A stretch of 64,000 bases of DNA from contig NC_092673.1 of NCBI RefSeq assembly GCF_964355755.1, positions 3,286,001 through 3,350,000 of the forward strand, in the 5' to 3' direction. Position numbers and translations under genes: made by a program. The stretch's first letter is position 1. Each line of letters begins with the position of its first letter. Source of the DNA: Antedon mediterranea (Eukaryota; Animalia; Echinodermata). The notes beneath the pieces are model-generated. The model saw only the letters and a list, made by a program, of their open reading frames with translations, was not told where the DNA came from and did not search any database. Below are positions 49,501-64,000 of this stretch, one piece after another.

Positions 49501-52500
49501 TTTAAAAATGATTGAAAATTAAATGTTTTTTATGCCTACCGTTGTTTTTTCTGAAAGTTTCCGTTGCAATTCACGAGAATGCTTTCTTGATGATTGTATC
49601 TCTTTTGCTAAAGACATCCTGAATAAGATTTATATGATGAAACAATTTAAGACAATTAAATCATTTTTGTAACTACTATGCATTTTGGGTAAAGTAAAAG
49701 ATCATAGAGTCCTGCTTTCTGGAAGGTCCGATTTTCAATATGCATTTCAAATAAAGTAATATGAAAGAATATGAAATGTTGTTTAATCTTTAGTGTGATA
49801 ACCAAAATAACAGCAATGGTAGGGACATACTGCTTATTCAGAAATTCTACTTATTTTGTTGACATGCAGAATTTTTGTATTTACATTTTGTTTTCTAGTT
49901 GATCTTGTTGCGTATCATACTCGTTTCTCAGCTTTTCAATTTCTTGTCGGAATTGCTTGTGATTTCCAAACAACTACAAAGAAAATAATTAAAATAGATA
50001 ATGTTTATACTATGAGGTGTGAATGATATATTAAGGAACAGAATCTCTTAATTTAAACTCATCATTTTTGTTGAATTTTGTTGATAAACACAAAATGATA
50101 AAAATGTTAAACTACTTACATTTCTTTCCATTTCTATTCTCTCCTTTTGTGAGGCAAGTAGTTGTGTTGTCTGAAACGATACAGTCATGTATGTTAAGAG
50201 TATTTTTCACGTGTTAAGTTCTGTCTACACTATTAAACTTTTTGTGACCAAAAATGAGGACATGATGATATCATATCACTACCATTTTTAAGCATCACTA
50301 CCATAATTTGGTAACATCACACATTTTTTTTTGTAAAACTAGTTTGATAGTGTAAACAGAGCCTATAAGAATTTCTTGAAATCAAATGGAAAATCTCTAA
50401 GTTGCTATTAAAAAAACAGCTTTAAAAAAATAAACTACAAGTTTCAAATGAGTAATCAATACCTACCCTCTGTTTGTTTGAGTTTAATCCAGTGACTATA
50501 CCACGAATCCTTTCAAGATCACTTCCTCTATTACCGTCTAAGCTGTCAGCTTTCACTAAGTTGTCTGTCTGTTTCAATAGTGTAGCTCGCGCATTCACAA
50601 GATTCAGCAATTCAAGGCCTAACTCCTCATTACGAGCGACCTGTACAAACGATAATGCTAATTCTTAAGTGTACACAATGGTAAGCGTTCAAATATCCTG
50701 AAAACAGTAGCTGTATTCACCAATCCACTTGTTTTAAAGCAAGATTTTCCCTTAAATACTTTTTTTAACTCAGTTTTTCACTTAAATTCGTAAATATTTT
50801 GGTGTTCACGTACAGTAAACAGTAAATTTTCCTTAGTGTTTTCCTTAGCCTAAGTGTGAATGTTGAATAAGACCACAGGTAGATTAGCAACACTAGGGGT
50901 TTGCAAAGATTTTTGTGATAGTATGCCTATTATGTCTAAAGTGCTGGTGCATAGGGATGCAGTACTGCAGTTGCCTATTATGTCTAAAGTGCTGGTGCAT
51001 AGGGATGCAGTACTGCAGTTGCCTATTATGTCTAAAGTGCTGGTGCATAGGGATGCAGTACTGCAGTTGCCTATTATGTCCAAAGTGCTGGTGCATAGGG
51101 ATGCAGTACTACAGTACAAGTATTGTATAGAAAATCAGCCTACCTCCTTGTCATGTTCTTTCATCAGCGTAACATGGTCAGCCTTGAGGGCGACATATCG
51201 ATCAGCTAGCTCCTTACGCTGTATCTCCATCTCATTCAACTGTGACCTGTAATAATCCTGTTCTTTGTTGGACTTGTCAAACTGCCATTTCATAGTCACC
51301 AACTCATGCTCAAGAGCTAGTACCTTGGGGAATAAATATGAAATGAATAAATTAGTGTAGTACGTTATAACACCTAATCAATGACATGGTTACCATAGTA
51401 CAGATTGCTTTACTGATCGAAAAGCAATTCACATATCAATAGGATATTAACAATAGAACCTAACAAAGTGTCCCTGGGATAGGGGTGTTCCCGAATAAGT
51501 ATAAGTCGTTATCTCTGAACCGTCCTATAGCCACCACCAGGTAGGCTTACTTCATTAAGGCTTCTATGAATGGATGTACTTGTTGGGGTCAGGGACGCTA
51601 GTAGACCATACCCAGTACCGTTTTGATTACGATCAATCGGGAAATTACCTCACGTCGTACACCATATTTTCATTCATTTTTTTTACAGGAAAGTATCCCC
51701 TTAATAGGGGTGTCCCAAAGTAGAGGCTCTACTGAATATTCATTATGTTTAAATTATATTTTTCTAATTTAATACCTTATTTGTCAGTTCATATTTGTCT
51801 TGTTCAACTCTTTCTTTCATTCTACTATTTTCCACTCTATACTCAACCAGCATTTTCGAAGCCTGTGTACACAAAAATACAAATAAAAGTAAATACACTT
51901 TAAAGCTCTGTCTACACTATTAAACAAGTTTAACAAAAAAAAGTGTGATTTGCTCAAATATGGTAGTGATATCCTCAAATATTGTAGTGATATGACATCA
52001 TCATGTCCATATATGGGACATCACATTTTTTTGCCACATATTTGATAGTGTAGACAGTGCTTTGTGTGTTGCCAGTAAATCCATTAAAATATATTTTTTT
52101 TAAATAAATGTACACTGACCTTTAACCTATCTTCATCAGAGTTAATAAGTTTACTTGTTAGATCAGATTTAGCCGATGCCAAATCATGCAGCCTGCCCTC
52201 TATCTGCTTTAGCTTCACTTTCAGTTTTTCATTTTCTGATTTAAGATCAAGCTGACAAAACAAAAATTATTTTCACTTGGAATATTATATTACACATAAG
52301 TTAAAAACATTTTCCAGAAAACAATTGAAAGGCTGGGAGTATTTTCAAATTTCCTGATCTCTGATTGGTTATGCAGTGTTCGTATTGTAAAAAGTACATG
52401 GAAATATAAATATGTATGCATATAAAAATGCTTTTGATTTGCTTAAATGAATTTGCTTAGTGGAAAATGGGGGATCCCCAACATTACAATCATTCCTCCA

Positions 52501-55500
52501 TGGTACAGTTAGTGGTTAAAACAGTGGAACCGTAATCGGCAAGGGCTTCAGCCTTACTCGCTCCATGGTTCTGGTGGTAGAATGAGTCTTTTCGGATAAG
52601 GCCTATAAACTGTAGGTCCAGTGTACACATCTGGCTGATGTGCACTTTAAAGATTAAGAACCTAGTACATCTTTCAAGACGAGTAGGGCGGTTACCCTGG
52701 TGTACTAGTATACACACAGCCACTGTCACACACAGCCACTGTCACACACAGACACTTAATTCATCAAGAGGCCCAACCCTCTATGAAAAAGGTGAAATAA
52801 AAAAAATAACATGTACATACTTGACTTTATCAAACGTTTATTAATTTGAAAGAAATATTTACATTATCAGTAGTGAGACTTCTGTGCTTCATCAGCAGCT
52901 CATCACTAGTCAATGAGGAAGCGGTAGCCATAGCAACACCTTTTGTTGTTCCATTCAAGATCTTGGTACGGTATTGTGTCAGTAAATCCTACAATGCATA
53001 ATATCATAAATATATAATAATCATCATGAAAAACAAATCAAAGATACTGAACATGATTGAAGAACATAAGAGAAAAGCGGAGCCGGAGAAAAAAAGAGAG
53101 AGTAACACAAGATATAAGAAGTATCTAAACAAGTGGAAGAAGAAAATGAAAGTAGTAAAGGATGATGGAGAAAAAAAGAAAAACGAAGATAAAACAAGAA
53201 ATGAGGATGAAATATGGAGATAAAGTAGGAAAGGAAAAAACAATTAAAAAGCAATTGTAATAATTGGTAACAGAAGCGCAAACAAATATTTGAAGAAACT
53301 AAAATGATAATAAATCTCACCAATGCTTGTCTGGTGTTTATGATTGGGAAGTTCCTGACTCGTGAGAACTTGGCAGCCATTTTGAGTACTTCTGTCAGAG
53401 TTGTTTGTGGTTGAGAGCACGATTTTAAATTAACCATCACCTTAGTCAGACAATTCCCTCCTAAGATGTCTTCCATCAATGAGGTCACAATTGAATCACT
53501 GTAACAAACAAACATAAATATACAACCCATTATTTTTTAAATATTTTTTTTATGTCCAATAGTAAATTAACCACTGTCCTATTAGATAGGTGGTAATCCC
53601 CCTGACACAGGGGCTATTTTGTGAACCAGTTCACCAGTTCACCCCCTACTCGTCTCGAATGATGAACTCGGTTCTTTGAAGTACACATGGACAAACTGTT
53701 TACACTGGACCTAGGGTTTATTGTCCTTATACGAGACGACTTGTTCCACCACCAAAACTAGGAGCGAGTCGGTCTCGAACCTTCGACGATAATGTTGGCT
53801 CTCTAGGTAAAGTAAGCGGCGCCCTTGCCTTAACCACTCGACCATACGACTCGCTTTGTTTACAATGGTTTTGACTGTATACAACAGATCTTGTACAAAT
53901 TATCAATAAAAATTAATAAAAGCTTTATTGCTTTCGTGAAATCCTACTTGCAATTTAGCAATGCTTTCTGAAATTCCAACAATTAATAAATATAAACAAT
54001 ATAATATAATTTTTTACCTGTAGGTAATAATCCTGTTTGCCGTTTGTTGTTCTGCAAGTGACGTGACCAGATTAGCTAGGGCGTAGATTGATTTGTTGGT
54101 ATTAGTGCCCTCTCTAATCTTCACCTGCTGTGAATCCTGGGATAGCTTGTCAGCTGAAGGTAAATCTACAAATGTGAAAGATGATTGGCAATCTCCAATC
54201 TGAAAAGAAATTTAAACTTTTTAATACGGAGCTTTCAATTTGCGCCAACTTAAAGATATATTGTCCCCCTAAAAATTTTTTTTTAAATATGCCATTTTAA
54301 TGTCACATAATAGTTATTCACGTTGACCCACCAGGATCGAAAAAAAAACAAATTATTTTCCTGAAAAAAAATGTAATTTAAAGCTAAAAATACCTAAATT
54401 GCCTGTCAGGAGAAGTGAATAACTTGATTAAAACTGCAAAATGGCCCATTTAAAGTCTGATTTTATTAATCTTCATTTTTCATGTTTTTGGGGGACAATA
54501 CATTTTTAAATAAAAAATGTATGTCAGCTATAAGAATTCCCAGCCTATATTTAAATAGCAAAAGCAATCATAATCATGATTTAATTAGTAAGTTTGTAAC
54601 AGCATTTTAAATAATTTCGTAAATATTTACTAACCCCAGAAATATGTAATTTTGTGATGATTGTCGCTTTACGATGCGTTTGCCCAAAATCTGTCTCTGC
54701 CCTGATTCGTCGTTCAGAGGCTTTCTTTAGAACGCTCTCTGCTTCTTTTGATGACTGAAGTGGAACTGAATTGAGACCCTAAAAATAGAAACAGCTAGGA
54801 CTTTTAATGTTTTAAATTCATTTTTATTCATTTGACCAGCATAAAATCAATACAATATTTTTTTAAAATTAGTCACCTATCCCTCATATAATTTTTTTTA
54901 AATTTTCTAAATATATGTTTTCTTTTAAATATTCAGATACAATTAAATGCATTCCTTGAAGGTTTATTGTCTTTGATAGTCATTTCCACTTTTATATAAT
55001 TACATTTAAATTTAAATAAACTAATTTTACACTGCGTTTATAATCACTTAATTTATAAAGGGCAAAAACTTGAGTATCAAAATATTTTTGTATATTTTTT
55101 CATCACACACACGTAATGTGCGATGTCGTTTTAGAAATTCCTTTGTGCCAAACTCATTCATATTTTTAACACTGGTGTCTCTAGAATGTAATTTACGTAC
55201 GTTTTAAACCTTTTTAATTGACTGTTTTATACTTTTACATTTGTTTTCATTCGTTCTTCCGTTTTATATATGTATCTTTTAATCGGATTTGCTGACAACC
55301 GACATTTCTTTGTTTTTTACGATGACAAATAAAGTTTCTTACGTCTGCTTACATCATATTTGTAACTTTTTTTCATAGATTACATCATGTTAAGAGTGAC
55401 AATAAAGTATTTACACAGATGCTGCGGTTTGTTTTTTACTTACAGACACATGATAGCCATATTCTGGTGTGTACTTAATGCTGACATCAATCAATTGGTG

Positions 55501-56822
55501 TGATTGTTGGCTATGATGTAACAGATCATTCACGTTCTCATTAACCACTTCAAACATCTCAATATTCAAACGCATTTGAGAATAATCTAAAAAAATGAAA
55601 ATGTTTAAATTAAATGTTTTTTGACAATGTTATACTTGTTGCATATTGTAAAATGCTGCAGAATATAAACTTCCTACAAAAAATATAATATATTATTACA
55701 ATACGAAAATAAATATCTGTTTATATTACTTATTGTGTATATTACATATTGTGTATACTGTTTACGGAAACCATTTTGTTTTTGATGATGGTTGAAATTA
55801 TAATAATGAATAATATTATTATAATAATGGATGATGCAGATGAGAGATTATGCCATGACAATGGTTATAAAAAAGAGGATAATGAAGTAGATGATGAAGA
55901 CAATAAAAATTATGATAAGAATAAATAACATATGAACATTTTTTCTAATCACAATTTACAACTCCATTCCAAAACATTTGTAATAAGACTTTGTTTATGT
56001 AGAGCATCTTGTGTACATGTTTGTCTTGTCAATGGGATTGCCACCTTTAGGAAGGTTAGTGAATGAATTCGCTTGTGGTTATCCTTGGCAATTTGCCTAA
56101 ATATATACATTAAATTAAAATAATATAGGCTGTAAATTAGATGATGAGATGTGAATTGACAGATGATTTAAAAAAACTATCTTACCAATCCGAGAAGTCT
56201 CAAACACTTCCTCAATGAGGAGCTGAACGAGGCCAGGTGCTTGTCGGTCTTCACCGTATATTGTGTAGGTTTTACCAGATCTCCCTTCTCCAAAGCACAT
56301 GACAGCGCAGTTAAAACCAGCCATAAACAGCTCCATCATTGGTTTGATAGATCCACTAAACACTGCATGATTACTGATCTCTGGGTCATATGCAGCGTTA
56401 AACCTAAATTGTAAACAAATTGGTATCAAATAAATTAAGCACTTTTTTAGTCATGTTTAAAAACTAAAATATTATCAAATTTGCCACAATGTTTAGAAAG
56501 ATTTTTACTCCCTTTTTTTTGGCTTAGTTAGTTGCTAAGACTGTAGGTATTTGCAGAGAGCTGTGATACTTATGTTTTGCAGAGCGACCCTGGTGTAACT
56601 ACTTCTTGGCCAATTGGTTAGAAGTCGCAATAGAGGGCCTAGGCCTAGACTGTCCTATTTTTTTTAAATCTTGGAGTGGAGTAGGATTCATTCACAATCA
56701 CATGTTTACCTGTGGCTAAAATTGTTGGTGTCAGAAAATGTGAATCCATCTCGCCTTTGAAGATTATCAACTCCTTCTCCTCTTAATTTTGGTCGTATTC
56801 TAGCAATTACTTCAACATCCAT
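46596..56822 (-). CDS. CCDC78: Degenerate kinesin motor domain fused to a CCDC78-like coiled-coil protein (~20 exons)
   Basis: N-terminus MDVEVIARIRP, P-loop FGEGRSGKTYT, NKSIYAL and EDILGGNCLT motifs. C-terminal WDHLRKQLREFTLNTQ and ELERATLL...EEQLAECQDYI...RYKQEI match CCDC78. Confidence 0.85.
47926..48803. mobile_element. Three hAT-like MITEs (CAGTGGCGTAAC...TTACGCCACTG)
   Basis: Copies at about 47926-48058, 48188-48342 and 48652-48803, around one exon. Confidence 0.75.
50923..51115. repeat. 48-bp tandem repeat x4 (intronic)
   Basis: TGCCTATTATGTCTAAAGTGCTGGTGCATAGGGATGCAGTACTGCAGT repeated. Confidence 0.95.
54250..54510. mobile_element. TTAA-flanked MITE (Kolobok-like)
   Basis: TTAAAGATATATTGTCCCC / GGGGACAATACATTTTTAA; related copies at about 23858 and 33500-33770. 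Confidence 0.6.
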
Positions 56823-56859
56823 TTTCTGTAATCAAATACAAAAATTATTCCAGCACCCG

Positions 56860-57300
56860 GACCTAGGCCTAGGCCTAGTCAAATCTACTTCTACTACCAG
56901 GCCTAGGCCTCCTAGGCCTATATGTATAGGCCTATATAGGCCTAGCTCGAACTATACTACTAGGCCTCTACTACTAGGAGGCCGCCACCTGCAAGCAGGC
57001 TAGACTAGCTAGGCTAGGGTAGGGAGGGTCCCGGAGGCCTCCTACTTATTACTAGGCCTAGGCCTAGCTAGGCCTGGCCCTAGTAGGTAGCCTTTTTATT
57101 GTAAAATATAAGAAAAGGCCTAGCCTAGCTCTATATAGGCCTGGGACCTAGCCTAGCCTAGAGGGCCTAGCCTATAGGCTAGTAGGATAGCTAGCAGGCC
57201 TAGCTAGGCTAGGCCTAGGCCCTAGGCTAGGCCTAGCTAGGCCTACTAGCTACTAGCCTAGGAGTAGGCTATAAAATAATCGGCCTCAGCTAGCCTATAA
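56860..57300. repeat. TAGGCCTA/TAGC-rich low-complexity tract just upstream of the kinesin-CCDC78 start codon
   Basis: Dense cluster of AGGCCT and CTAG palindromes. Confidence 0.85.
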
Positions 57301-58200
57301 TATTAATGTCACTCTGAGCAACTAAATACACAAAATAAATAAAAACCTACAATTGAAAGAGATATCCGGGCATATCAAACAGATTAAGCTAGGCCTACTG
57401 TAGTCTGTAATCTAATTAAAAACAGCAGAGGAGCATCTGGTTGTCAACGTCGGAGAGAGAGGAGGATCGGATCGGATTATTGATGATGGAGCTGAGAAAA
57501 TTAAAGCAAACTATAGAGGGCTTGTCATTCAGTTTTCTATCTATCTGTCTGTCTTTTTGTGAAAGTTCGAACTCACACTCACCTCAAATCATTATTCGTC
57601 AACAATTTCAAGAACACAATAAGTTGATCCCTACAGAATATGATTGCTAATACCTATGCCTACCGTAAGACCAACAAAGCCATGTTTACATTTGATCAAG
57701 CACTGAAATCAACGCTGGTAATTTATTATCACAACTTTTACTTGTTGTAGGTCAATGTAACATTTTTTTAAAGTGACATTAACATTAACAAAAAATACTT
57801 TAAAATACAACACTCTTTTATTTACAAAATTCATACTGTAGCCTTAGGCCTACATTAATATCATTTATACTGATGAAGGGCTAGTGTTGCCCAAAAGCTC
57901 TGCTAACTTTTCTCTGGTTATTTTACTTTATCGTTTTGATACATCCTGCATACATTTTGTATACGTTTAAAATCGGAAATACTAAGGCCTACCAAAAATG
58001 TTTAAAACGTGTACATATATAGTTATTATATAACGTAAGAAATTCTACAGAATTTTACAAAAGGAATACAACGGTCTAAATTAGATCAATCTTATCTTAT
58101 TGTAATAAAATTTCAGTGTCAATCTGAGATTTGTAAATTCAACAGAAATGAGAACTTGAAGTGAATAGGCGCGTGATTGCGTTCCCCTCAACTCTCCCTT

Positions 58201-59407
58201 TTAAGGAATATGCGCCGGATATCTTCGAGTGCCGACCGTGACTGAAATAAAAAAGAAGTAGGCATTATTATTGTAAAAAATGAAGTTCTGACAACGCTTC
58301 GGGAAATATATATTCCCTCGAACTTAATATCATTCCCTCGGAGATGTCGACGTTCATTCATCGTCACCGTATCATGAAACACAAAATATTTTCTTTCTTT
58401 TAATTATATTCATATATGTCTTGTCTTGTCTAATGATTGTATCATTATTCTTTGTTTTTATAGGCAAGAGCCTGTAGATACAACTTACCTGGATGACAGG
58501 AGGGGTGGCTACATTTGTAGCATTTTTGAATAGTCTTTTTTGAATTGTTGGCCCATTCGTTACCACATTTTGGACATTTATATGCTTTTTTTTTCAGATT
58601 CACACAGTTACCACCAATTTCCTTACATTTACCACAACGAACCTGGTCATGTGCCTTTGAATTTGCTTTTTTCGTTCCCCGTTTCAGTTTCCACTAGAAA
58701 ACAAAACAGAAACAGTGTAACAAAATGCGATATTAATCGATTCTAGGGTTGTATTTGATACCGAACAACGTTATAATGACTATAAAGATAAGATGATTAG
58801 TGTTGATAGTGATGATGTATATTGAATCACCAAACAATGAATGATGAAAATAATGAGCAGAACAAAAATGTTCAAAGGGAGCCGCTTTGAATGAGATTCT
58901 ACGATGTGCAAAGTAGTAGGCTACGACCTGTGTAAATGTAATTTTCGGTTTCACTTACTTACCTGGTGTATAGGGTAGACTTCGGCTTCACATCCCTGAC
59001 AAGTTTGATGCGTATTAGCCCACGAGTGCCCACTAATCCATTCGTTACCACACTCGCAATGAAATTTACCCATCGCACGATGAGAACCCTGGTAGGGCGT
59101 AGTAGGCCCAGGGAGTTGTAACAACTCCCTGCTGGTAGACCTATCTTCCCCATCCTGTGAACACAAAAACCGCAAATGTATGTTCAGTTGATGCCTTTAA
59201 CCTCAATGTTCTGAGTTACTTAGCAAATTCCAAACAGCAGTAATTATTTGAAGGTTTGCATGGCGAAATCAAATGTTGATATAAAGTTTGCGGTACACCA
59301 CGCGTAGGCCTATATGTAGTTCTTCTTTTCAGAATATACGCGTGGTGGACCGCAAACTTTATATCAGCAGTTACTAAGTAAATGAAATAACTAACCTTAC
59401 GGACCAT
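58201..59407 (-). CDS. Divergent ZCCHC24-like 3CxxC zinc-finger protein with a second partial repeat
   Basis: Exons MVRK | ...TPYQGSHRAMGKFHCECGNEWISGHSWANTHQTCQGCEAEVYPIHQ | WKLK...HDQVRCGKCKEIGGNC...YKCPKCGNEW...QKCYKC... | VTVGTRRYPAHIP*. Splice phases are consistent. Confidence 0.8.
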
Positions 59408-60660
59408 GTTACCTAGGCCTATAGTTTGTTCTGCTCTTCAAATCCGAGTTAACAATTCTAATGTCGTCAATCTTCTCTGGCATAATAGTATCGGAGTTGT
59501 TATTACTAATAACAACTCCCTGGTATAATAGTCTATTTTTATATTGATGATTTTCCTATAACAGTATTAATAGTAAGGGTTGTGCTTTGAAAATAATTGT
59601 ATTCAATTTAAACTTAATCATGCGGTAAACCAACGAGACGTTTTAATAGAACAACTCCAGGCATACATAATAATATATATAAACAACGGTATCAACATTG
59701 CTTATTGGTCTATAAGAGAATAAATGTGATCCTCCATCCATCCATCTAACAAACACGTTTACGGTTTTATTCATTTCGTTCCATGAATTTACTATTTCAC
59801 ACCGGAGATTGGCTGTAGTGACAGATGCTCAGAACATCAAAAATGACACGCGCAGTGTACGATGTAAACAATCACATGAAGTATGAGTACTTTTAAACTT
59901 TATGTGACAAAAAATGTGATGTGCCCATATATGGCCATGATCTCAACCATATCACTACCATATTTGGGAATATCACTACCATATTTGGGCACATCACAAT
60001 TCTTTTGTCAAATTACTTTGATAGATTAGACTTTTATATTATGCATAATATTTAACTTGGGGATTTTTTAATTCATTGCGCAGCTATCAATCACCCTTTT
60101 CAAGGCTATGTTTACCGACTATTGATAAAGACGGGTTCATTTAAAAATCGTGTGGCGTTTTCTACACACAAGATTACTTATTAATAGCAACAACATGGAA
60201 AACCCCACAATATATAAAGTCAGGAAACAAAATATATTAACATAAACGTTGAAATTCAATCAAGACAGAAGTAGGAAACATAACAAACAGTAAGTTTATA
60301 GCCTACTATAAAAAATAAAGTCGTAGGCCTACTACTTTCGGAAACTGAGATATCTAATCTTATGATTTCTATCTATCATATAATCTCTTTCAAATGAAAT
60401 CGATTTTTTTAATGCTGAAGTTTTCAAATGAATATGGCATGGGGTTCTCTGCCTACTTAATTTCATATAAGAATCCCTTCCAAAAATGGCGAATCTGCGA
60501 AATTTCAACCTATCATGCATACGCCACATACATTTCCTCACATTGAGTTTTAATCCACAGAAGACGGTTTAGTAGACATCCAGTAAATTTAACACTGAAG
60601 TTCAATTACCTGTTTTTTACTTCCGGATTAAAAATTAATTTGTTTTAAACAATGTTTTAG

Positions 60661-61126
<466 letters not shown>

Positions 61127-62267
61127 CGTCCATGGCATTTTTACACGTTTATTATGGTGTAGGCCTATTACGAAGATATTTAGAAGACGGAAATTTTACT
61201 ATAAAGACGTTTAACTTACAAAACTAATGTATTTAGGCATTTTACTCATTGATATTATAGTCACAATGGTGGATAGTGTTTGGAAGCCGATTTGTTAAAA
61301 TCTGTTGAGAATATTACCGTAAATGGTAGAGAAGACGAATGGCATTTGTAAGATTTTTGGAACTTAAAAGGTTTTTTTTTAAATAAATAATAATTATAAG
61401 TAAAAACCATTACACGTTTATCATACCGATGCAGGAAACTTCTTCAATAACATTTTTAATTTAGATAATGTAATAGCTTCTTCCGGGCCAGGACCAATGT
61501 ATATAGTATAGAGGCCTATTATTAATGAATAAACTATGGCAAATTAACAACATGTTATGTGTTTTTATTCTGTATATCAGCATTCATTTTGTATAGGCCT
61601 AATACAAACAATAATGGCATGGGTAGTGTAGCAGCAACAACAACTGGATCTTATTTGTCAGATGACAGTTGGCGGTTTTGCTTGATTACAAGCGTTCTGT
61701 GTTTCTTTTCGAATACCTTATGAAACTCGTTGGTCTGGTTTCTTCTTTTTGATTGATATCTGCTTAAGACAACATTGAATCCCATGAGAAGAATTCAATT
61801 AGCTTAATTCTTTATTTATTTATTATGACTAATGTCGATTTGAAATGTGATTAATGACAATGTGCAACTTCAGAAAAACCCAAGCTGATGTGAAGTATTC
61901 ATGCGAAACGATTTACATAATGAGAAACAGAAACCCTTGATGATACTGAAATAAAGATTAACTGTATAAACATTCGTATCTAGCCTACATTAAATAATAT
62001 TCAATACAAAAAATCATAATCCTCACTAATTGAAAAAAATGATTGCTTGATTATGATATCAGAGGGAACTCAACTCGCCTTAAATCGACGATTGGTGTGA
62101 CGTTTCTTTTCAATCGTATTTGATCGGTGACATTCTGATTGCATATATATTTATATACAAAAATGGAAAAACCCCCAATATAATATATAAAGACAGACAG
62201 CAATTCAAACGTTCACACAGGCGTTGACAACAATATTCATCATACAGAAGAACGAAACCAGTAAGAC

Positions 62268-63151
<884 letters not shown>

Positions 63152-64000
63152 TGACTTATCTGTTTTGTTGTGACTAATTGTCTCTTTAAAGACGACTTGC
63201 GTTGCCTCCAACATATTTAAAAGTATATATTATGGTATAGAGAGTATTACGAGAATAATAGGCCTATGATAAGATGAATTCACTTAACTATTACAAATTT
63301 TACCCAGACAGTTAGAACCATGGTGGTGGTGTTTAGAAGTCAATTTGTTACAATCTGTTGAGAATATTACTGTAAATGGTACAGAAGACGAAAATGGTAT
63401 TTGTAAGATCTTTGGAAGAAAGACAATATGCCCTAAATAATAACATTAGCTACAATAGTACAAGTTTGTCATAACCGATGCAGCGAAGTGTCCTCAATAA
63501 TGTGTAGATATGTCATGTAGTTAATTCAAGCATCCAGCACATGCACCTACCTTGGGCCAGGACGGACCAACATGTATATACACAGTATGCTATATTAATT
63601 GAATAAAACTCTGGCAAAATATTACTATTTTTATAATATATTCTGTATAAAAAAAAATCGCGCGGGTAGATGTTTGTAACAACAGTCTGGATCTCAGTGT
63701 TTGTCAGATGACAGCTTTTGCTTTTATTAAGCGTTAGGCCTAGGGTGTTTCTTTTCGAATACCTTATGAAAGTCTTTGGTCTGGTTTCTTCTTTTTGATT
63801 GATATCTGCTTAAGACAATTTTGAATCCCAGAATTCAATTGAGTATTAGCTTATGACTAATGTCGATTTGAAATTTTATTAATGATAATTTGCAACTTGG
63901 GAAAAACCCAAGCTGATGTGAAGTATTCATGCGAAACGATTTACATAATGAGAAACAGAAACCCTATGACGATACTGAAAGAAAGATTATATCTGATTAA

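Noticed and set aside
50850-51252. Repetitive Cys-rich ORFs on both strands
   Set aside because: Produced by the 48-bp intronic tandem repeat; only ~51145-51320 (-) is a real exon.
53026-53223. Lys/Glu-rich + strand ORF
   Set aside because: Purine-rich low-complexity sequence antisense to a kinesin-CCDC78 intron.
55980-56097. Possible extra kinesin exon
   Set aside because: In the required phase it stops after 13 codons, and the flanking exons join in phase without it.

Overview
AT-rich, intron-rich animal genomic DNA, probably a non-vertebrate deuterostome such as an echinoderm (inferred from the Deu-domain SINEs and vault-RNA-like genes; not proven). Protein genes read by hand across GT-AG introns: the 5' part of MIC60/IMMT (-); an ankyrin-Roc-COR (Roco) gene with a likely C-terminal transmembrane anchor and a 1-bp frameshift just before the P-loop (-); MFSD13A/TMEM180 (-) head-to-head with DBNL/Abp1 (+); a degenerate kinesin motor fused to CCDC78 (-); and three small ZCCHC24-like 3CxxC zinc-finger genes. 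The main find is a ~10 kb Pol III island at 20.7-31.0 kb. It holds about 10 vault-RNA-like genes on the + strand (8 apparently intact, 3 subfamilies, covarying stems, a shared -48 CRE-like element). These are interleaved and partly co-duplicated with a tandem tRNA-Arg(CCT) array on the - strand that includes anticodon-shifted and transposon-disrupted copies. There is also a candidate unannotated snoRNA-host transcript at 44.7-45.5 kb, plus many MITEs, SINEs, a Helitron and a hammerhead-like motif. Coordinates were counted by hand and may be off by a few bases; family assignments come from remembered motifs, not database searches.
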